A stretch of 64,000 nucleotides of DNA from Alphaproteobacteria bacterium (GCA_965221125.1 CBDCRW010000007.1:1-64000), one strand, 5' to 3'. Positions 39,863 to 53,881 are shown, numbered from the stretch's first letter. Notes: generated by a model from the letters alone, not told the origin. Program-made: numbers and translations.

Positions 39863-40282
39863 CTAGAACGGCGAATCGGAGGCATGGCCGGCTTCTGCCG
39901 GCCGGCGGTCGTCCTGGGTGGCGGCGGTGCCGTTGGTGCGCTCGAGGAACTGGATCCGCGAACCGGGCACCAGCAGGATCTCGGTGGAGAAGCGGTCGCT
40001 GTCCTCGCCCTCCTTCCGCCACCTGCGCGTCTGGAGCTTGCCGCTGACGTAGACCAGGCGACCCTTCTTCGCGTGCTTTTCGAGCATGCCGATGAGCCCG
40101 TCCTGGAAGGTCACCGCCTTGTGCCATTCCACGCGATCGACGCGCTCGCCGGTCTTGTCGATGTACCCCTCGTCGGTCGCCACGCTCATATTGGCGACGC
40201 GCCCGCCGGACGTGAGATTGGTGATGGTCGCATCGGCGCCCAAGCGTCCGATGAGCTCAGCCCTGTTCATCCCGAAGCTCAT
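39863..40282 (-). CDS. ssb: SSB paralog 2 (repeat copy 2)
   Basis: Identical translation to 8961-9380. Confidence 0.9.
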   Translation of the reverse strand: MSFGMNRAELIGRLGADATITNLTSGGRVANMSVATDEGYIDKTGERVDRVEWHKAVTFQDGLIGMLEKHAKKGRLVYVSGKLQTRRWRKEGEDSDRFSTEILLVPGSRIQFLERTNGTAATQDDRRPAEAGHASDSPF

Positions 40283-40586
40283 GATCGTCTCCTGTTCATC
40301 CGAGTTTCTGACGATGGTTGCGGAACGAAGCGGGCCGGGGGATCTCTCTCCCCGCCCTTCTCCGTTCATCCTCCTCCAGCCACTCTCCACCTCTGCCAGG
40401 CCCGGCGCCCCGGTGGCCGACAGGTAGCCGACGGCTTCACGGATCGCACGCGACGAGAGGCCGGCTGCGGCCGGGCGTGCGCCGGCATTGGAAGCCGCCA
40501 GGGCGCAGTTTTGATCAGGGGGGCGCGGGATGGGGGCGATCAGGGCGCGATGGGGCCAGCCGGCAGGCGGGTGTCGCTGAACGAGG

Positions 40587-42566
40587 TCATTGCCCGATCG
40601 ATCTCAAGCGCGACGCCAGGGTGATGTCGCGCTTCAGATTCCTTGGCGCCGTTGCGACGGCAGCGTCGAAGACGTTTCGGTCTCCGACGAAGACGACCTG
40701 CTCCGAGGCCCGCGTGGCCGCGGTGTAGATCAGCGTTCTGTCGAGGATCCTGGACCGGTAGACGGGCACGATCACCAGGGGCCACTGCGAGCCCTGCGCC
40801 TTGTGCACGGAGATCGCGTAGGCGAGCTCGATGTTGGTGGCGTCGGCGGCGCCCAGCCGGTGCTCCTGGCTGTCGATGACCGCCGTCGCATGGTCCCGGT
40901 GCGCTTCGACGATACGGCCGGTGGAGCCGTTCATGAGGTCGCGCTCGTAGTCGTTGCGGGTCCAGATGACGGGATCGCCTTCGGCGATGTCGGCACGGCC
41001 GGGAACGAGACGGGGGGTATGGGCGCTGCCCTGCATCCGCAGTTCGTGGAACCGGCGGTTGATGGCGAGGATGCCCGCCGGTCCTGCGTTGACCGGCGCG
41101 ACGATCTGAGCGTCGCCCCGGCGCAATCCGTTCTTGGCGAGCCGCGCGCCGGCATCGAAGATGACGTCGAACGCCTCCTCCGGGGCGGCGTCGATGAACG
41201 TCACCCCCGGCGCCAGGCCGCGGAAGGGGCCGAGCTCCGGGCGGCGGCCGTTGCGAATGGCCTCGGCCACGACCGGTATCCCGGTCTCGGCCGATTGACG
41301 CATCACGCGGTCGAGGACGGTCTTCGGGATGGCGGGATGTTCGATGAGCACGTGGAAGGTCAGGCCGAAGCCGATGGGCGGAAGCTGCGCGGGATCGCCG
41401 ACGAGAACGAGGGAGGCGTCCCCGATGCGTCTCACCACCTGCCAGAGCAGGGGAAGGTCGACCATGGACGCCTCGTCGACGATGACGATGTTGCCTGCAT
41501 GCAAGCGCGCACCCGCGCCGCCGGAGGTCTCCTTGAGGAAGCGGGCGATCGTCATCGCGGGGCGCCCCGCCGATTGGGCCATGCGCTGCGCCGCGCGGCC
41601 CGAGAGCGCGATGAGCACGGTGTCGCGGCCGAAGCGTTCCGCCAGCTCGCAGATGCCGCGCAGGGACGTGGTCTTGCCGGAGCCGGCATAGCCGCCCAGC
41701 ACCGACAGCCGGTGCCGGAAGGCGCCCGCGATGGCGGCTTTCTGCGGGCCCGTGAGGCGGTGCGGCCGGCGGCGTTCATACTCGTCAACGGCGTGCCCGA
41801 TCTCCTCGCCGGCAACAGCTGGCAAGGCCAGGTCGGACGCCGGAACTTCGGCGGCGAAGCGTGCGAGCTCTTCGGCAAGGAAGGCCTCCATGGCGGCCGC
41901 GCCCATGGGCTGAACGCCGTCCTCGAAGGGCTCGGCGCCGCCGGCTTCGACGGCGCTCTCGACCGCCCAGGGTCCGGCAGGGCTGCCGTCCGGAGCCGCT
42001 ACGCCGGTGAGCAGCTTCGCGGCCCCGGCCTCTGCCGAGGCGCGGGACGTCCATGTATGGTTCCGGTCGAGGCGGCGGTAGAGGGTGGCCTCGACGGCGG
42101 CGACGGCGCGGCGGGGATCGTCGGGCGCGACGCCGAGAGCGCGGCAGACCCTGTCGGTTGCAGGCCAGGGCAGGAAGCTCGCGAGGAGGTAGGGATTGTC
42201 CTTCAGGGCGTCGATGCCGTCATGGCCCCAGCAGCGGGCGATCCTGATCGCGGTACGCGTCCCGACAGCGGGGGCGACCCCCCGGCTTTCCAGCCAGTCG
42301 AGAAGCTCGATCTCGGGGCTCTTCAACTCGTAGGCCGCGAACGCGTTGGTGGCGGTTTCCTCGCCGAGGATGGCGGTGACCTCGGGATGTTTCCGGTCGA
42401 GCGCGTTACGCAGGCCGTCGCCGAATGCGGCTGCCAGGGCAGCGGCCTTCGCGGGGCCGATGCCGCGGAAGTCCCGGTCCTCGGCAAGGTACGCCGCGAG
42501 CGCGCCGGGCCTTCGCGGCATCGGGGCCTCGACGGCGGCACGGGCGGCTGCGCCCGGCCGGCTCAT
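40587..42566 (-). CDS. RecD2-like helicase (repeat copy 2)
   Basis: Identical translation to 6677-8656. Confidence 0.92.
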   Translation of the reverse strand: MSRPGAAARAAVEAPMPRRPGALAAYLAEDRDFRGIGPAKAAALAAAFGDGLRNALDRKHPEVTAILGEETATNAFAAYELKSPEIELLDWLESRGVAPAVGTRTAIRIARCWGHDGIDALKDNPYLLASFLPWPATDRVCRALGVAPDDPRRAVAAVEATLYRRLDRNHTWTSRASAEAGAAKLLTGVAAPDGSPAGPWAVESAVEAGGAEPFEDGVQPMGAAAMEAFLAEELARFAAEVPASDLALPAVAGEEIGHAVDEYERRRPHRLTGPQKAAIAGAFRHRLSVLGGYAGSGKTTSLRGICELAERFGRDTVLIALSGRAAQRMAQSAGRPAMTIARFLKETSGGAGARLHAGNIVIVDEASMVDLPLLWQVVRRIGDASLVLVGDPAQLPPIGFGLTFHVLIEHPAIPKTVLDRVMRQSAETGIPVVAEAIRNGRRPELGPFRGLAPGVTFIDAAPEEAFDVIFDAGARLAKNGLRRGDAQIVAPVNAGPAGILAINRRFHELRMQGSAHTPRLVPGRADIAEGDPVIWTRNDYERDLMNGSTGRIVEAHRDHATAVIDSQEHRLGAADATNIELAYAISVHKAQGSQWPLVIVPVYRSRILDRTLIYTAATRASEQVVFVGDRNVFDAAVATAPRNLKRDITLASRLRSIGQ

Positions 42567-43102
42567 TCGGACGTCTCGTCGAGCTGAAGGCGGCTCTGTC
42601 CGGGGCCGGAGTTCTCTTTCTCCGGCGGCCTGGGCCTGTAGCGGCGACCGGCGGCGATCAGCGCTTGATCGGTAGCCTCATAGCGCCTCAGGCGGGCGAT
42701 GAGCGCCGCGTTCCTGGCGACCAGCTCGCTGACGCGGCGCTCGGCGGCCGCGCTGCGCCGCTGTTCCTCGCGCAGGCGGGAGGCCGGCACCATGGCCTCC
42801 CCGCCGGCGTCGCCCGGCGCCTCGACAGCTCCCGTGGTCTGGCGGTCGTGCACGGAGGGCGGCGATCCTCTGGCGGAGAAGGCCACGCCCTTCCGGCCGG
42901 CGTAGTCCTTGAGCATGGCGCGGAAGGACGGGTTCTGCGTCACCGTCGACCGGCCAACCCCGACCAGCTGGCAGATCTTCGCCAGATGGAGAGCCCGGCC
43001 GTTCATGGGCAAGGTCTCGCCGGCCGCCTCGCGCGCGTCGATCTCTTCGCGCAGGCGCAGCACCGCCTGCCGGCCGCGTTCCGCGCCGCTGCCCCTGCTC
43101 AT
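42563..43102 (-). CDS. Hypothetical HTH/coiled-coil protein (repeat copy 2)
   Basis: Identical translation to 6141-6680. Confidence 0.7.
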   Translation of the reverse strand: MSRGSGAERGRQAVLRLREEIDAREAAGETLPMNGRALHLAKICQLVGVGRSTVTQNPSFRAMLKDYAGRKGVAFSARGSPPSVHDRQTTGAVEAPGDAGGEAMVPASRLREEQRRSAAAERRVSELVARNAALIARLRRYEATDQALIAAGRRYRPRPPEKENSGPGQSRLQLDETSE

Positions 43103-43518
43103 GCGTCATGCTCGCTATATTCTCGATCGACCGGCTGAAGCGGAGCGTCCAGCCGATGGTCGGGAATGCCGAGAACGTGCGTGTTGTAGGCCCAGACGGC
43201 GAACCGGGTCATCATCGCCTCGTTCTCGGCGCGAAGCCGGCAGAGGTCCGCTTCCAGGGAATCGATGCGCTCGAGGAGGGCCGCTTCGGTGTCGGTCTTC
43301 GGTCTCGGCCGCCGCCCCGCCCCGCTGCCCCTGAGTTGCTCCCTGCGGGCCGCGAGCGCCGTCCTTATCCGTTCATGCCTGGACAGCGCCTGGCGCGAGT
43401 AGGCGTGGCCGAGCCGTCGCCGCGCCAGCCTCACGACCGCGCCCCACGTGGCCACCTCGAGCGTGCCGATGGTCCTGGCGAGCGTTTCGACGTTGGTCTC
43501 GGTGAGGTGCCGGGCCAT
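43099..43518 (-). CDS. GinD-like protein (repeat copy 2)
   Basis: Identical translation to 5725-6144. Confidence 0.7.
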   Translation of the reverse strand: MARHLTETNVETLARTIGTLEVATWGAVVRLARRRLGHAYSRQALSRHERIRTALAARREQLRGSGAGRRPRPKTDTEAALLERIDSLEADLCRLRAENEAMMTRFAVWAYNTHVLGIPDHRLDAPLQPVDREYSEHDA

Positions 43519-43519
43519 G

Positions 43520-45574
43520 TCACGGTTTCCGTAGCCGGGGTAAGGAATCGGGAGCCGGGCCGGGGCCGGGCAGGGCTTTCGCCGAACCGGCCCCGTCGCC
43601 GCCGATCGCATAGCGTGCCGCGCCGTCGAGCCTCAGGACGGCGCCCGGCGCGATCGCCGCGTCGTCGATCAGGGCGACGAGCTCGCGCAGGCGCGCAAGC
43701 TCGGTCCTCTTGCGGGAGAGCCAGATCTCCGAGTTGCCTTCGCCGATAGCTGCGGCCTCTTCCGCGGACGCGACAGCTTTCTGGATGACGGCTAGGCGGT
43801 CGCGCAGGGCGCGCTCGGCGCGCTCGTCTCCCTTGACGCAGGCGTGCTCGACGCAGTTCAGGCAGTCCCGGTACATCGGGCAGGGCGACGCCGCAAAGTC
43901 GTGCAGGCAGGCGCCGTAACGCGTCAGATGCACCCCGGCGAGACTGCCCTCGATCAGCTGCCGCGGGGTCACCGGCCGCTGAGGGGTTGCCGTCATCGGG
44001 CTGCCGAAGATGTCCCCGCCGAGAGAGCGCGCCTTGGAGACGAGGGAATCGGCGGTTTCGTGGTCGTAGTACGCGTTGTGCCGGATGTCCTTGCGGCCCG
44101 CCCATCTCGCGATGTCGAGCTGCGACAGGTTCCCCTCGTTCGCCAGCGTGGTCATGTAGTGGCGCAGCTGGTGAGGCGTGATGCGGACGGTCTCGCCATC
44201 GTCGTCCACCAGCCCGAGACGGCCGAACAATCCAGCCTTTTGATCGCTCGTGCAGTCTCTCCCGTTCATGGTGTTCTTGATCTCGCTGGTCGAGACGCAG
44301 GAAAGGCGCCAGAAGAGAGTGCACGATTGCCGGGCCATGTCAGCGGTGCGTACGAGCAGCGCGCGGTCGTATCCGAGGCCGGATCTGGGATCGGCCAGCG
44401 GGAAGCCTTGCGGGAGCTCCGCCCGAAAGCCTTCTTCGATCGGCGCGCGGAGATAAAGCTTGGCGTTCATTGCGAGCTTGACGCCCAGCTGTGTTGCGTG
44501 GTCCGCGCGAACATCGAATCCGTTTCTGCGCAGCGCGACAAGCACGGTCCTCGGATCGGCGGCCGTTCCGAGACTCCTCATGCTGATGTAGCCCTCGCGG
44601 GCGAGAGGATCGTCCGGGGCGTCGCCCGGGAGGATGTCCTCGCCGGCCATGTACCTGCGCGCAAGCGCGCGGGCGGGCTCGGTGACGTCTCGAATGCGCT
44701 TCAGCGCGTCCCTCGCCAGCGGCACGAACGCGCTCGGGATCCAGCGCGTCTCGGGCTCGCCGCCCTTCGACGGATACCAGCGCAGGCCGTAGCGGTCCTT
44801 GCCGCTCTCGACGGCCTCCACTTCGCAATCGTAGGCGTCGAGCCGGTGCAGCTCGGAGATGCGGCTGTGCGTCACCAGGAGAAGGGCGTATGCGGAAGCG
44901 GCAATCACGTCCATTGGATGCTCGGCGCGGCGGTATGCCTCTCCGAGCGCGGCAAGCGCGCGTTCCGAGGGAAGTTTCCGGGCCCGAGCCCGCTCGCGTT
45001 CGACGCCGATGCGATCGAAGCTCGTCGGCCGCCTGATGGGGCAGGTCCAGACGAGAGGCCGCGCGACGAGGCCGTGATGGTCGAGAAAGCCGGCGATCGC
45101 TTGAAGCTGCAGGCCGACGCGATACGCAGTGTGGCGGCTGTAAGCAGAGCGAGAGGCCGCGGCGGCGGCGTTGAAGTCGTCGGGCCGCGCGTCGGCAATC
45201 GATTTGCCAGCTTCGGCGAGAGTCTTGTCGAGATGCCGCATCGCCGAGAGCATCAGCTGAGGGGCCATCTGTGGGGCAAGACCATACCTGTAGCGCAGGT
45301 ACGCCTTGAAGAAGTCGGCGTTGCGGGCGCCGAACGGCGCGTAGTGCTCGATCGACCTTGGCGCTTTCTTCAGGGGATGACCCCAGTTGAGGCGAAGCAC
45401 GCTCTTGCTGCGGCCCGACACAGTGGCAACTCCGCGCAGCTCCCATCTCGGCGCGTCCCAGTCGAGCTCGGCGCCGAACACCGTGAGGTCGTCGCGCGCA
45501 TGACGGATGAACTCGGCGAGCCTCGCTTCGGCATCGAGCGCCTCCGCCGGCCGGAAGAGCGCGAGCTCAGCCAT
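43520..45574 (-). CDS. Tyrosine recombinase GinC-like (repeat copy 2)
   Basis: Identical translation to 3669-5723. Confidence 0.85.
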   Translation of the reverse strand: MAELALFRPAEALDAEARLAEFIRHARDDLTVFGAELDWDAPRWELRGVATVSGRSKSVLRLNWGHPLKKAPRSIEHYAPFGARNADFFKAYLRYRYGLAPQMAPQLMLSAMRHLDKTLAEAGKSIADARPDDFNAAAAASRSAYSRHTAYRVGLQLQAIAGFLDHHGLVARPLVWTCPIRRPTSFDRIGVERERARARKLPSERALAALGEAYRRAEHPMDVIAASAYALLLVTHSRISELHRLDAYDCEVEAVESGKDRYGLRWYPSKGGEPETRWIPSAFVPLARDALKRIRDVTEPARALARRYMAGEDILPGDAPDDPLAREGYISMRSLGTAADPRTVLVALRRNGFDVRADHATQLGVKLAMNAKLYLRAPIEEGFRAELPQGFPLADPRSGLGYDRALLVRTADMARQSCTLFWRLSCVSTSEIKNTMNGRDCTSDQKAGLFGRLGLVDDDGETVRITPHQLRHYMTTLANEGNLSQLDIARWAGRKDIRHNAYYDHETADSLVSKARSLGGDIFGSPMTATPQRPVTPRQLIEGSLAGVHLTRYGACLHDFAASPCPMYRDCLNCVEHACVKGDERAERALRDRLAVIQKAVASAEEAAAIGEGNSEIWLSRKRTELARLRELVALIDDAAIAPGAVLRLDGAARYAIGGDGAGSAKALPGPGPAPDSLPRLRKP

Positions 45575-47054
45575 GAGCCACCCCCGTCCGCATCGCGCGG
45601 CAACGATCGGCGACCTCCGCGACGGCCATGATGGTTGCGTCGTTGGCGGCGGCCACCTGCGGGGAGATCCCGTCCGCGAGAAGCGTCCTGCGCTCCTCGA
45701 CCAGGGACTGCAGCAGATCCTCGTGAGGCGCGTCACGCCAGGGACGGAACGCGGCGCAGGTGTAGCATGCAAGCGGCGCCAGACGGACACAGCTGCGCGG
45801 GCCCGCGCAGGTTCCCACGCCTCCGCCGGCGGCGGACGCAACGCGACGCGACGGCGCTTCCCCGGCGCCGGATTCGACCTCGCCCGCAACGATCGTGCCC
45901 CTGAACAGCCCGGCCAGCGGCTCCGCCCGGCCATGAAGGGCGGCGTCCATGCGGTCCTGGATCGAGCCGCGCGACTCCACATACACGCCGACGTGCTGGA
46001 GGTCGGTGTGATCGAGAAGGTGAGCGATCAGAACAGGAGGGTGACCCACATCGGCAGCACGCGTCCCGAGAGTGCTCCGGAACCGCCGGGGCGCCAGGTT
46101 GATCGGAGCGGCAGTGCGCGCCGACCGAAGGCCGAGCGCGCTCTGGATGCGCCTCAGAGCGCGGCCGGCACCGCCCCTGCCGATGTGTGCCTCCGCGAGC
46201 GATGCGAAGGCGGTCGCCTCGACGGCAAAGATCGGACGCCGGTCGACCGGAATGCCCCGGAAGCGCTCGTCGCGGGATCGCTCCTCGACGAGTTCCCTAA
46301 GCAGAACGGCAAGCTCGCCAGGGATGACCCGCTCGCGCGTGAGGCGCTTCGGCGTCCTCTTCTTGAGAGACGGCACCAGGAGGCGAGATGCGGCCGATCC
46401 CGGTGCAGGCGGAACCAGATCGCCACAAGTCAGCATCGACAGCTGGCCGGGCCGGGCCCCCGTTGCGGTCAGCGTGAGAAGAATGCCGAAGTCCTGCCTG
46501 CTCACGCGGCCCTCGCCATACGCCTCGCGTGCCGCAAGGGTGATGCTCTGCAACTCCACATCGGTGAAGGGACCCTTCGTGGGGTGGTGCGTGCGGACGG
46601 CGGCGCCCTTGACGTTCCCGGGTATCTTGATGCTGCTGAAGAACTGCAGCACGTCGCGGTCGACCCCGGCGTAGCCGCGTGCGACCCAGAACTTCAGGAA
46701 CGCCGCGACGTGGCCCAGATAGTGCAGTTGCTCGCGAGCGAGCAGCGACCGGTAGTCCATGAGAGCCGCCGCAGAGATGGTGGCGCCGACCGGGACATCC
46801 CGCGCCATTCTTGCGAGGGCCTGGACGCCCCCCAACACGGTGTCGGGGGAGCGATCTTCCATGTAGGCAAGGGCAGCCTGCTTGACGTTGTCGGCGTGCC
46901 CGGCGCCCCAATGATCTCGTATCGGCTTGAAGGAGATGCGGGTCACGCCCTTCTCCAGCACGATCTTCCAGACGTCGCCGCCGGAATCGAATCCCGCATG
47001 GATGCCGCGCTCTCGCGGAGCGCCGGCAGGCTGCAATCCGCCCGGACTACTCAC
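45567..47054 (-). CDS. Tyrosine recombinase GinB-like (repeat copy 2)
   Basis: Identical translation to 2189-3676. Confidence 0.85.
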   Translation of the reverse strand: MSSPGGLQPAGAPRERGIHAGFDSGGDVWKIVLEKGVTRISFKPIRDHWGAGHADNVKQAALAYMEDRSPDTVLGGVQALARMARDVPVGATISAAALMDYRSLLAREQLHYLGHVAAFLKFWVARGYAGVDRDVLQFFSSIKIPGNVKGAAVRTHHPTKGPFTDVELQSITLAAREAYGEGRVSRQDFGILLTLTATGARPGQLSMLTCGDLVPPAPGSAASRLLVPSLKKRTPKRLTRERVIPGELAVLLRELVEERSRDERFRGIPVDRRPIFAVEATAFASLAEAHIGRGGAGRALRRIQSALGLRSARTAAPINLAPRRFRSTLGTRAADVGHPPVLIAHLLDHTDLQHVGVYVESRGSIQDRMDAALHGRAEPLAGLFRGTIVAGEVESGAGEAPSRRVASAAGGGVGTCAGPRSCVRLAPLACYTCAAFRPWRDAPHEDLLQSLVEERRTLLADGISPQVAAANDATIMAVAEVADRCRAMRTGVAHG

Positions 47055-48291
47055 CCTCGAACAATCCCTGGTGCATGCCTCTCAGGGCGGCCTCGGCCGC
47101 CCGTTCGACGTGACGGTGCGTGTAGACCGCCGCCATCTTCGAATCCGGACTCCATCCCATCAGGAAGTTGCGGATGCGCTCCTCGCTCGCCTCGGGGGTG
47201 CGATCGCCACGCTCCGCCCTGCCGTCGATCGCGGCCGAGAACCTGTCGTTCCAGGTGTGGCGCAACAGGTGAGGATGGAGACGGAAGCCGAGAACGCTTT
47301 CGAGCGCAGCGAAGACGTTGCCCACGCTTCTCGGGGTCAACGGCGCTCCCGGCCTGATTCCTGCATGGGACACGAAGACATAGGCGTGCATCCGGGCGCC
47401 GGGTTCGGTCCGGCGCCAATCCGACAGGTAGGCGAAGAGGATGTCCGCCAGCTCCGGCCTGATCGGCACGGGCCGTGCGCCGGACTTGGTCTTCGGCTTC
47501 TGCCGACGAGGGTCCCGGGGGTCCGGAGGGCGCCGATGGATCGAGATCGTCAGTTTCCTGAAGTCGATGTCCGGGATCTTCAGGCCGCAAAGCTCGCCCC
47601 TGCGCATGCCGGTCTCGTCAAGGCAGGCAACAACGGCAAGGTTGCGATAGCGAACCGCCTCGCTCCGGAACGGGTTTTCCGGCGAGGACGGATCGATGAC
47701 GGCGAACAGCCGGTCGCGCTGTTCCGGCGACAGGCCCTTCCTGGGCTCGGACGGTTGACGCGCGCCCACCTTCGCCCGGGCGGTCAGAGCCTTGACGGTG
47801 TCGCGAAGGAGCTGCTGCGATCCGGCGGCACGGCTGTGGCTTGCAAGCCAGTCGAGATAGGCAGCGACGGACCGCACACGGTTGGCTCCGGTCTGGGGGT
47901 CCAGCATCTCATCGCAGTCGTGGGGAAGGTGCCGATGAAGCTCCTTGCCCGATCTGGAAAGCGGCAGGACATTGGCTTGGTGGGGACGCTCGGTCCGATC
48001 CGGAACCCGGGCGGTCTTCAGCGCATGGGAAAGACTCTCGACCTCCCGCAGCTCCAGACCGGCGCCCGTGGCCATGCGTGCTTCGAGGGAGAGCCCGTTC
48101 GAGTGCGCCCACACCCGGGCCGCCGCGATCGCGCGCATGTGCGCCTCGATCGTGTTCTCGGCGCGGCCGGCGTTTCTGAGAATGGAGACCGCATACCGTA
48201 TCGGCTCGGGCGCGGGGGCCGAGCCGGGCTCGACCAGGGCGGGGAGCGTCTCGCCGCCGGGAAGTCTGATTCTGCGGACGCTCTCGGGCAT
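47047..48291 (-). CDS. Tyrosine recombinase GinA-like (repeat copy 2)
   Basis: Identical translation to 952-2196. Confidence 0.9.
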   Translation of the reverse strand: MPESVRRIRLPGGETLPALVEPGSAPAPEPIRYAVSILRNAGRAENTIEAHMRAIAAARVWAHSNGLSLEARMATGAGLELREVESLSHALKTARVPDRTERPHQANVLPLSRSGKELHRHLPHDCDEMLDPQTGANRVRSVAAYLDWLASHSRAAGSQQLLRDTVKALTARAKVGARQPSEPRKGLSPEQRDRLFAVIDPSSPENPFRSEAVRYRNLAVVACLDETGMRRGELCGLKIPDIDFRKLTISIHRRPPDPRDPRRQKPKTKSGARPVPIRPELADILFAYLSDWRRTEPGARMHAYVFVSHAGIRPGAPLTPRSVGNVFAALESVLGFRLHPHLLRHTWNDRFSAAIDGRAERGDRTPEASEERIRNFLMGWSPDSKMAAVYTHRHVERAAEAALRGMHQGLFEGE

Positions 48292-48427
48292 CGAAAGTTT
48301 ACGCTCTTGCCTTGTTCCGGCTTACCTAGAATTGCGACTCCAAACGTGTCAATCATGAAATTCAACAAAAAATGAAAGCCCGCAAGGTGTTACCCCTGCG
48401 AGCTTTACATTTCTACCTAACTTCCCC

Positions 48428-48877
48428 TTAGAATGGGAACGGCTGGCCCGAATTTTCGCCGTTCGCGGCCGCCGGCGCGTCCTCACCGTTGGCCGGCGCG
48501 GCGCCGTTGCCGTTGGTGCCGGCAGGCTTGTCCAAAAGCTGCACGCGCCCACCGGGAACGAGCAGGATCTCGGTCGAAAACCGATCCGAGTCCTCGCCGT
48601 CCTTGCGCCACTTCCTGGTCTGCATCTTGCCCGAGACGTAGATCAGCCGGCCCTTCTTCGCGTGCTTCGCCAGCATATCGATCAGCCCGTCCTGGAAGGT
48701 GACGACGCGATGCCACTCTGTCTTGTCGATCCGCTCGCCGCCTGCACGCCTGTCGATGTACGACTCGTCGGTGGCGATGCTCATGTTGGCGACGCGCCCG
48801 CCGGAGGCGAGGCTGTTGATGGTGACGTCCGCACCCAGGCGGCCAATGACTTCTGCGCGGTTCAGTCCGAAACTCAT
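48428..48877 (-). CDS. ssb: SSB paralog 1 (repeat copy 2)
   Basis: Identical translation to 366-815. Confidence 0.92.
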   Translation of the reverse strand: MSFGLNRAEVIGRLGADVTINSLASGGRVANMSIATDESYIDRRAGGERIDKTEWHRVVTFQDGLIDMLAKHAKKGRLIYVSGKMQTRKWRKDGEDSDRFSTEILLVPGGRVQLLDKPAGTNGNGAAPANGEDAPAAANGENSGQPFPF

Positions 48878-49123
48878 CTTCGTGCTCCTTCACGTGCGAG
48901 TTCTGACGATGGTTGACGAACGGATCGGACCGCTCTCTCGCGACCTCCTCCGTTCACCCTCCTTCAAGCTCTCCCTTCCCTCTCGCCTGCGGCCTGATCC
49001 GGCGGTGGCCGGCTTCCCGAGGGCCCCGCGGACCGCACGGCCGCCGCGGCGCCGACGCCGATCCTGGATCGGGAAGTTGCCGAACGACCTGGCCCACGGC
49101 ATCTGTCTGGGGCAAGGCCGCAC

Positions 49124-49930
49124 TCATGCCGGCGGCAGCGCCATCAGCGGCACGTTGGAGAGGAACTCGACCTGGTCGGGCCGCAGCTTGGCGAAGGCGA
49201 GGCAGGCGGCGGCTTCGGCCTCAGTCTCGAAGGTCCCCAGCTCCCGCGAGGTCTGCAGCTCGATCACGGTGATCTGCGGCGGCCAGAGCGCCGCCAGGTG
49301 ACGCTCGGGCGCGCGGGAGTTGGACCGATATGCGCAGTGCTCACAGCGGGCCGCACCACCGGTGCGGACTCCACAATCCACACACGCGCCCCGCGCGCGC
49401 CTCGCGGCATAGCGTCTCTTCCCGACGGCGCTCCTTTGCTCGGGGGAGACGCGCTCCTTCTCCAGCGTGAGGCAGCGGCCGCAGCGCGACAGGCCCCCGA
49501 CCGTGGGCTGCGTGCAGCGTACGCAGCGGCCGACAGCGCGCCGCGCGTCATAGCGCCGGCGGTCGCGTGCGCGCCGTGTCTCGCGGCATGGCTCGCAGAC
49601 GGAGCGGCCCTCCTCCGGCCGACGGCGGCCGCAGGATGTACACAGCCCTGCCTCCTTCCACGCCCTCCGCCGCCGCCTGTCGCCGGCGCGGTCGGCTCTG
49701 CGGCAGCGCTCCGGATCGCGGCCGCCGTACTGCTTGCCCTCAGCGCGGGCCTTGGCCCGGCGGGCGCGGTCGGCGGCGCGGCGTTTCTCGGCACAGCCGG
49801 TGCACATCTTGAGGCCAGGCTCGGAAGGAAGCCGACCGCAGCGGGTGCACCGGCCGCTGGCGATGCGCGCGGCGTGGCGCTGGCGGAGGCGTCGATCCCG
49901 CGCCTTCTTCACCGGGTCCTTGAGCGGCAT
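49124..49930 (-). CDS. Arg-rich protein with four paired-CxxC repeats, 268 aa (its 3' end also appears at 1-119 on +)
   Basis: CTRC..CTGC, CTSC..CEPC, CVRC..CGRC and CVDC..CEHC repeats. Confidence 0.65.
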   Translation of the reverse strand: MPLKDPVKKARDRRLRQRHAARIASGRCTRCGRLPSEPGLKMCTGCAEKRRAADRARRAKARAEGKQYGGRDPERCRRADRAGDRRRRRAWKEAGLCTSCGRRRPEEGRSVCEPCRETRRARDRRRYDARRAVGRCVRCTQPTVGGLSRCGRCLTLEKERVSPEQRSAVGKRRYAARRARGACVDCGVRTGGAARCEHCAYRSNSRAPERHLAALWPPQITVIELQTSRELGTFETEAEAAACLAFAKLRPDQVEFLSNVPLMALPPA

Positions 49931-49945
49931 GGCCGGCCACCCCTG

Positions 49946-50269
49946 TCAGCGCGCGTAGCGGGTGGTCAGCAAGCCTGTGGCTTGGGTCCCCCACATCTGC
50001 ACGCCGGAGCGAGCCAGCTTGACCCCCGTGCAGACGATGATTTCGTTGGGCGCAGGCCGCATCTCCCGGACCGCTTTGCGCGAAACGATCTTCCTGCGCG
50101 GCTTGCCCCGGCCCTTCGTCCTGGGCCGCTCCGCCTGGACAGGCTCGATCTCGCCGTTGGGATGGGAGCGGTACTTCTCGACCACGTAGCGCTCGTCGTC
50201 GAGGCCTCTGCCGAACAGGTGCACCAGAAAGGTCTGCGCGTCGCGATGGAATATTCGGTCGGTCCGCAT
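49946..50269 (-). CDS. Hypothetical protein, 107 aa
   Basis: SD GGGGAGG before ATG 50269; collinear with the downstream gene. Confidence 0.5.
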   Translation of the reverse strand: MRTDRIFHRDAQTFLVHLFGRGLDDERYVVEKYRSHPNGEIEPVQAERPRTKGRGKPRRKIVSRKAVREMRPAPNEIIVCTGVKLARSGVQMWGTQATGLLTTRYAR

Positions 50270-50619
50270 CTTGCCGCCTCCCCCGGTGAAGGTTGCCGAC
50301 GGCGAGGACACGCTCCGCAGCGCCGCCCCCGCCGCCCCGGTTCCGGCCGGGCTCTCGCTCATGGCGACGTGCCGGCGGCGGAGGGGCGGGCGGCGCGCTG
50401 GGGTGGCGGAAGCCCCCGTTTCATCGTCCGGGGACGCTGGAGGCGGGGGAAGAGGCGTGGGCCGGTGATAGCTGCAGATCGTGCGCTGGGCCACGGTGCT
50501 GGAAGAGATGTTCGCCGAGGACGAGCGCAACGCCGCCGGGGAAGGCCGCCAGGACCCCGGTTGCAGGTCCCGTCGTCCGCGCGGCAGCGCACGGACGGCG
50601 GGCAACGCCCGGCGGAGGG

Positions 50620-53881
<3,262 letters not shown>

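Larger units (their letters stand above)
36809..48436 (-). mobile_element. GInt-like island, copy 2 (with IS21)
   Basis: CTTAGAATGG at 36809-36818 and 48427-48436; mirrored gene set. Confidence 0.75.
32682..49242 (-). repeat. Large inverted repeat, copy 2 (contains IS21; outer limit cannot be set because copy 1 is cut by the window)
   Basis: Reverse complement of 1-13746 plus 2815 extra bp (2810-bp IS and 5-bp target duplication). Confidence 0.95.

Noticed and set aside
1-49242. Inverted repeat as a pure assembly artefact (fold-back)
   Set aside because: A copy-specific IS21 with a clean TSD and a 19-kb unique loop argue against it, though only reads can exclude it.
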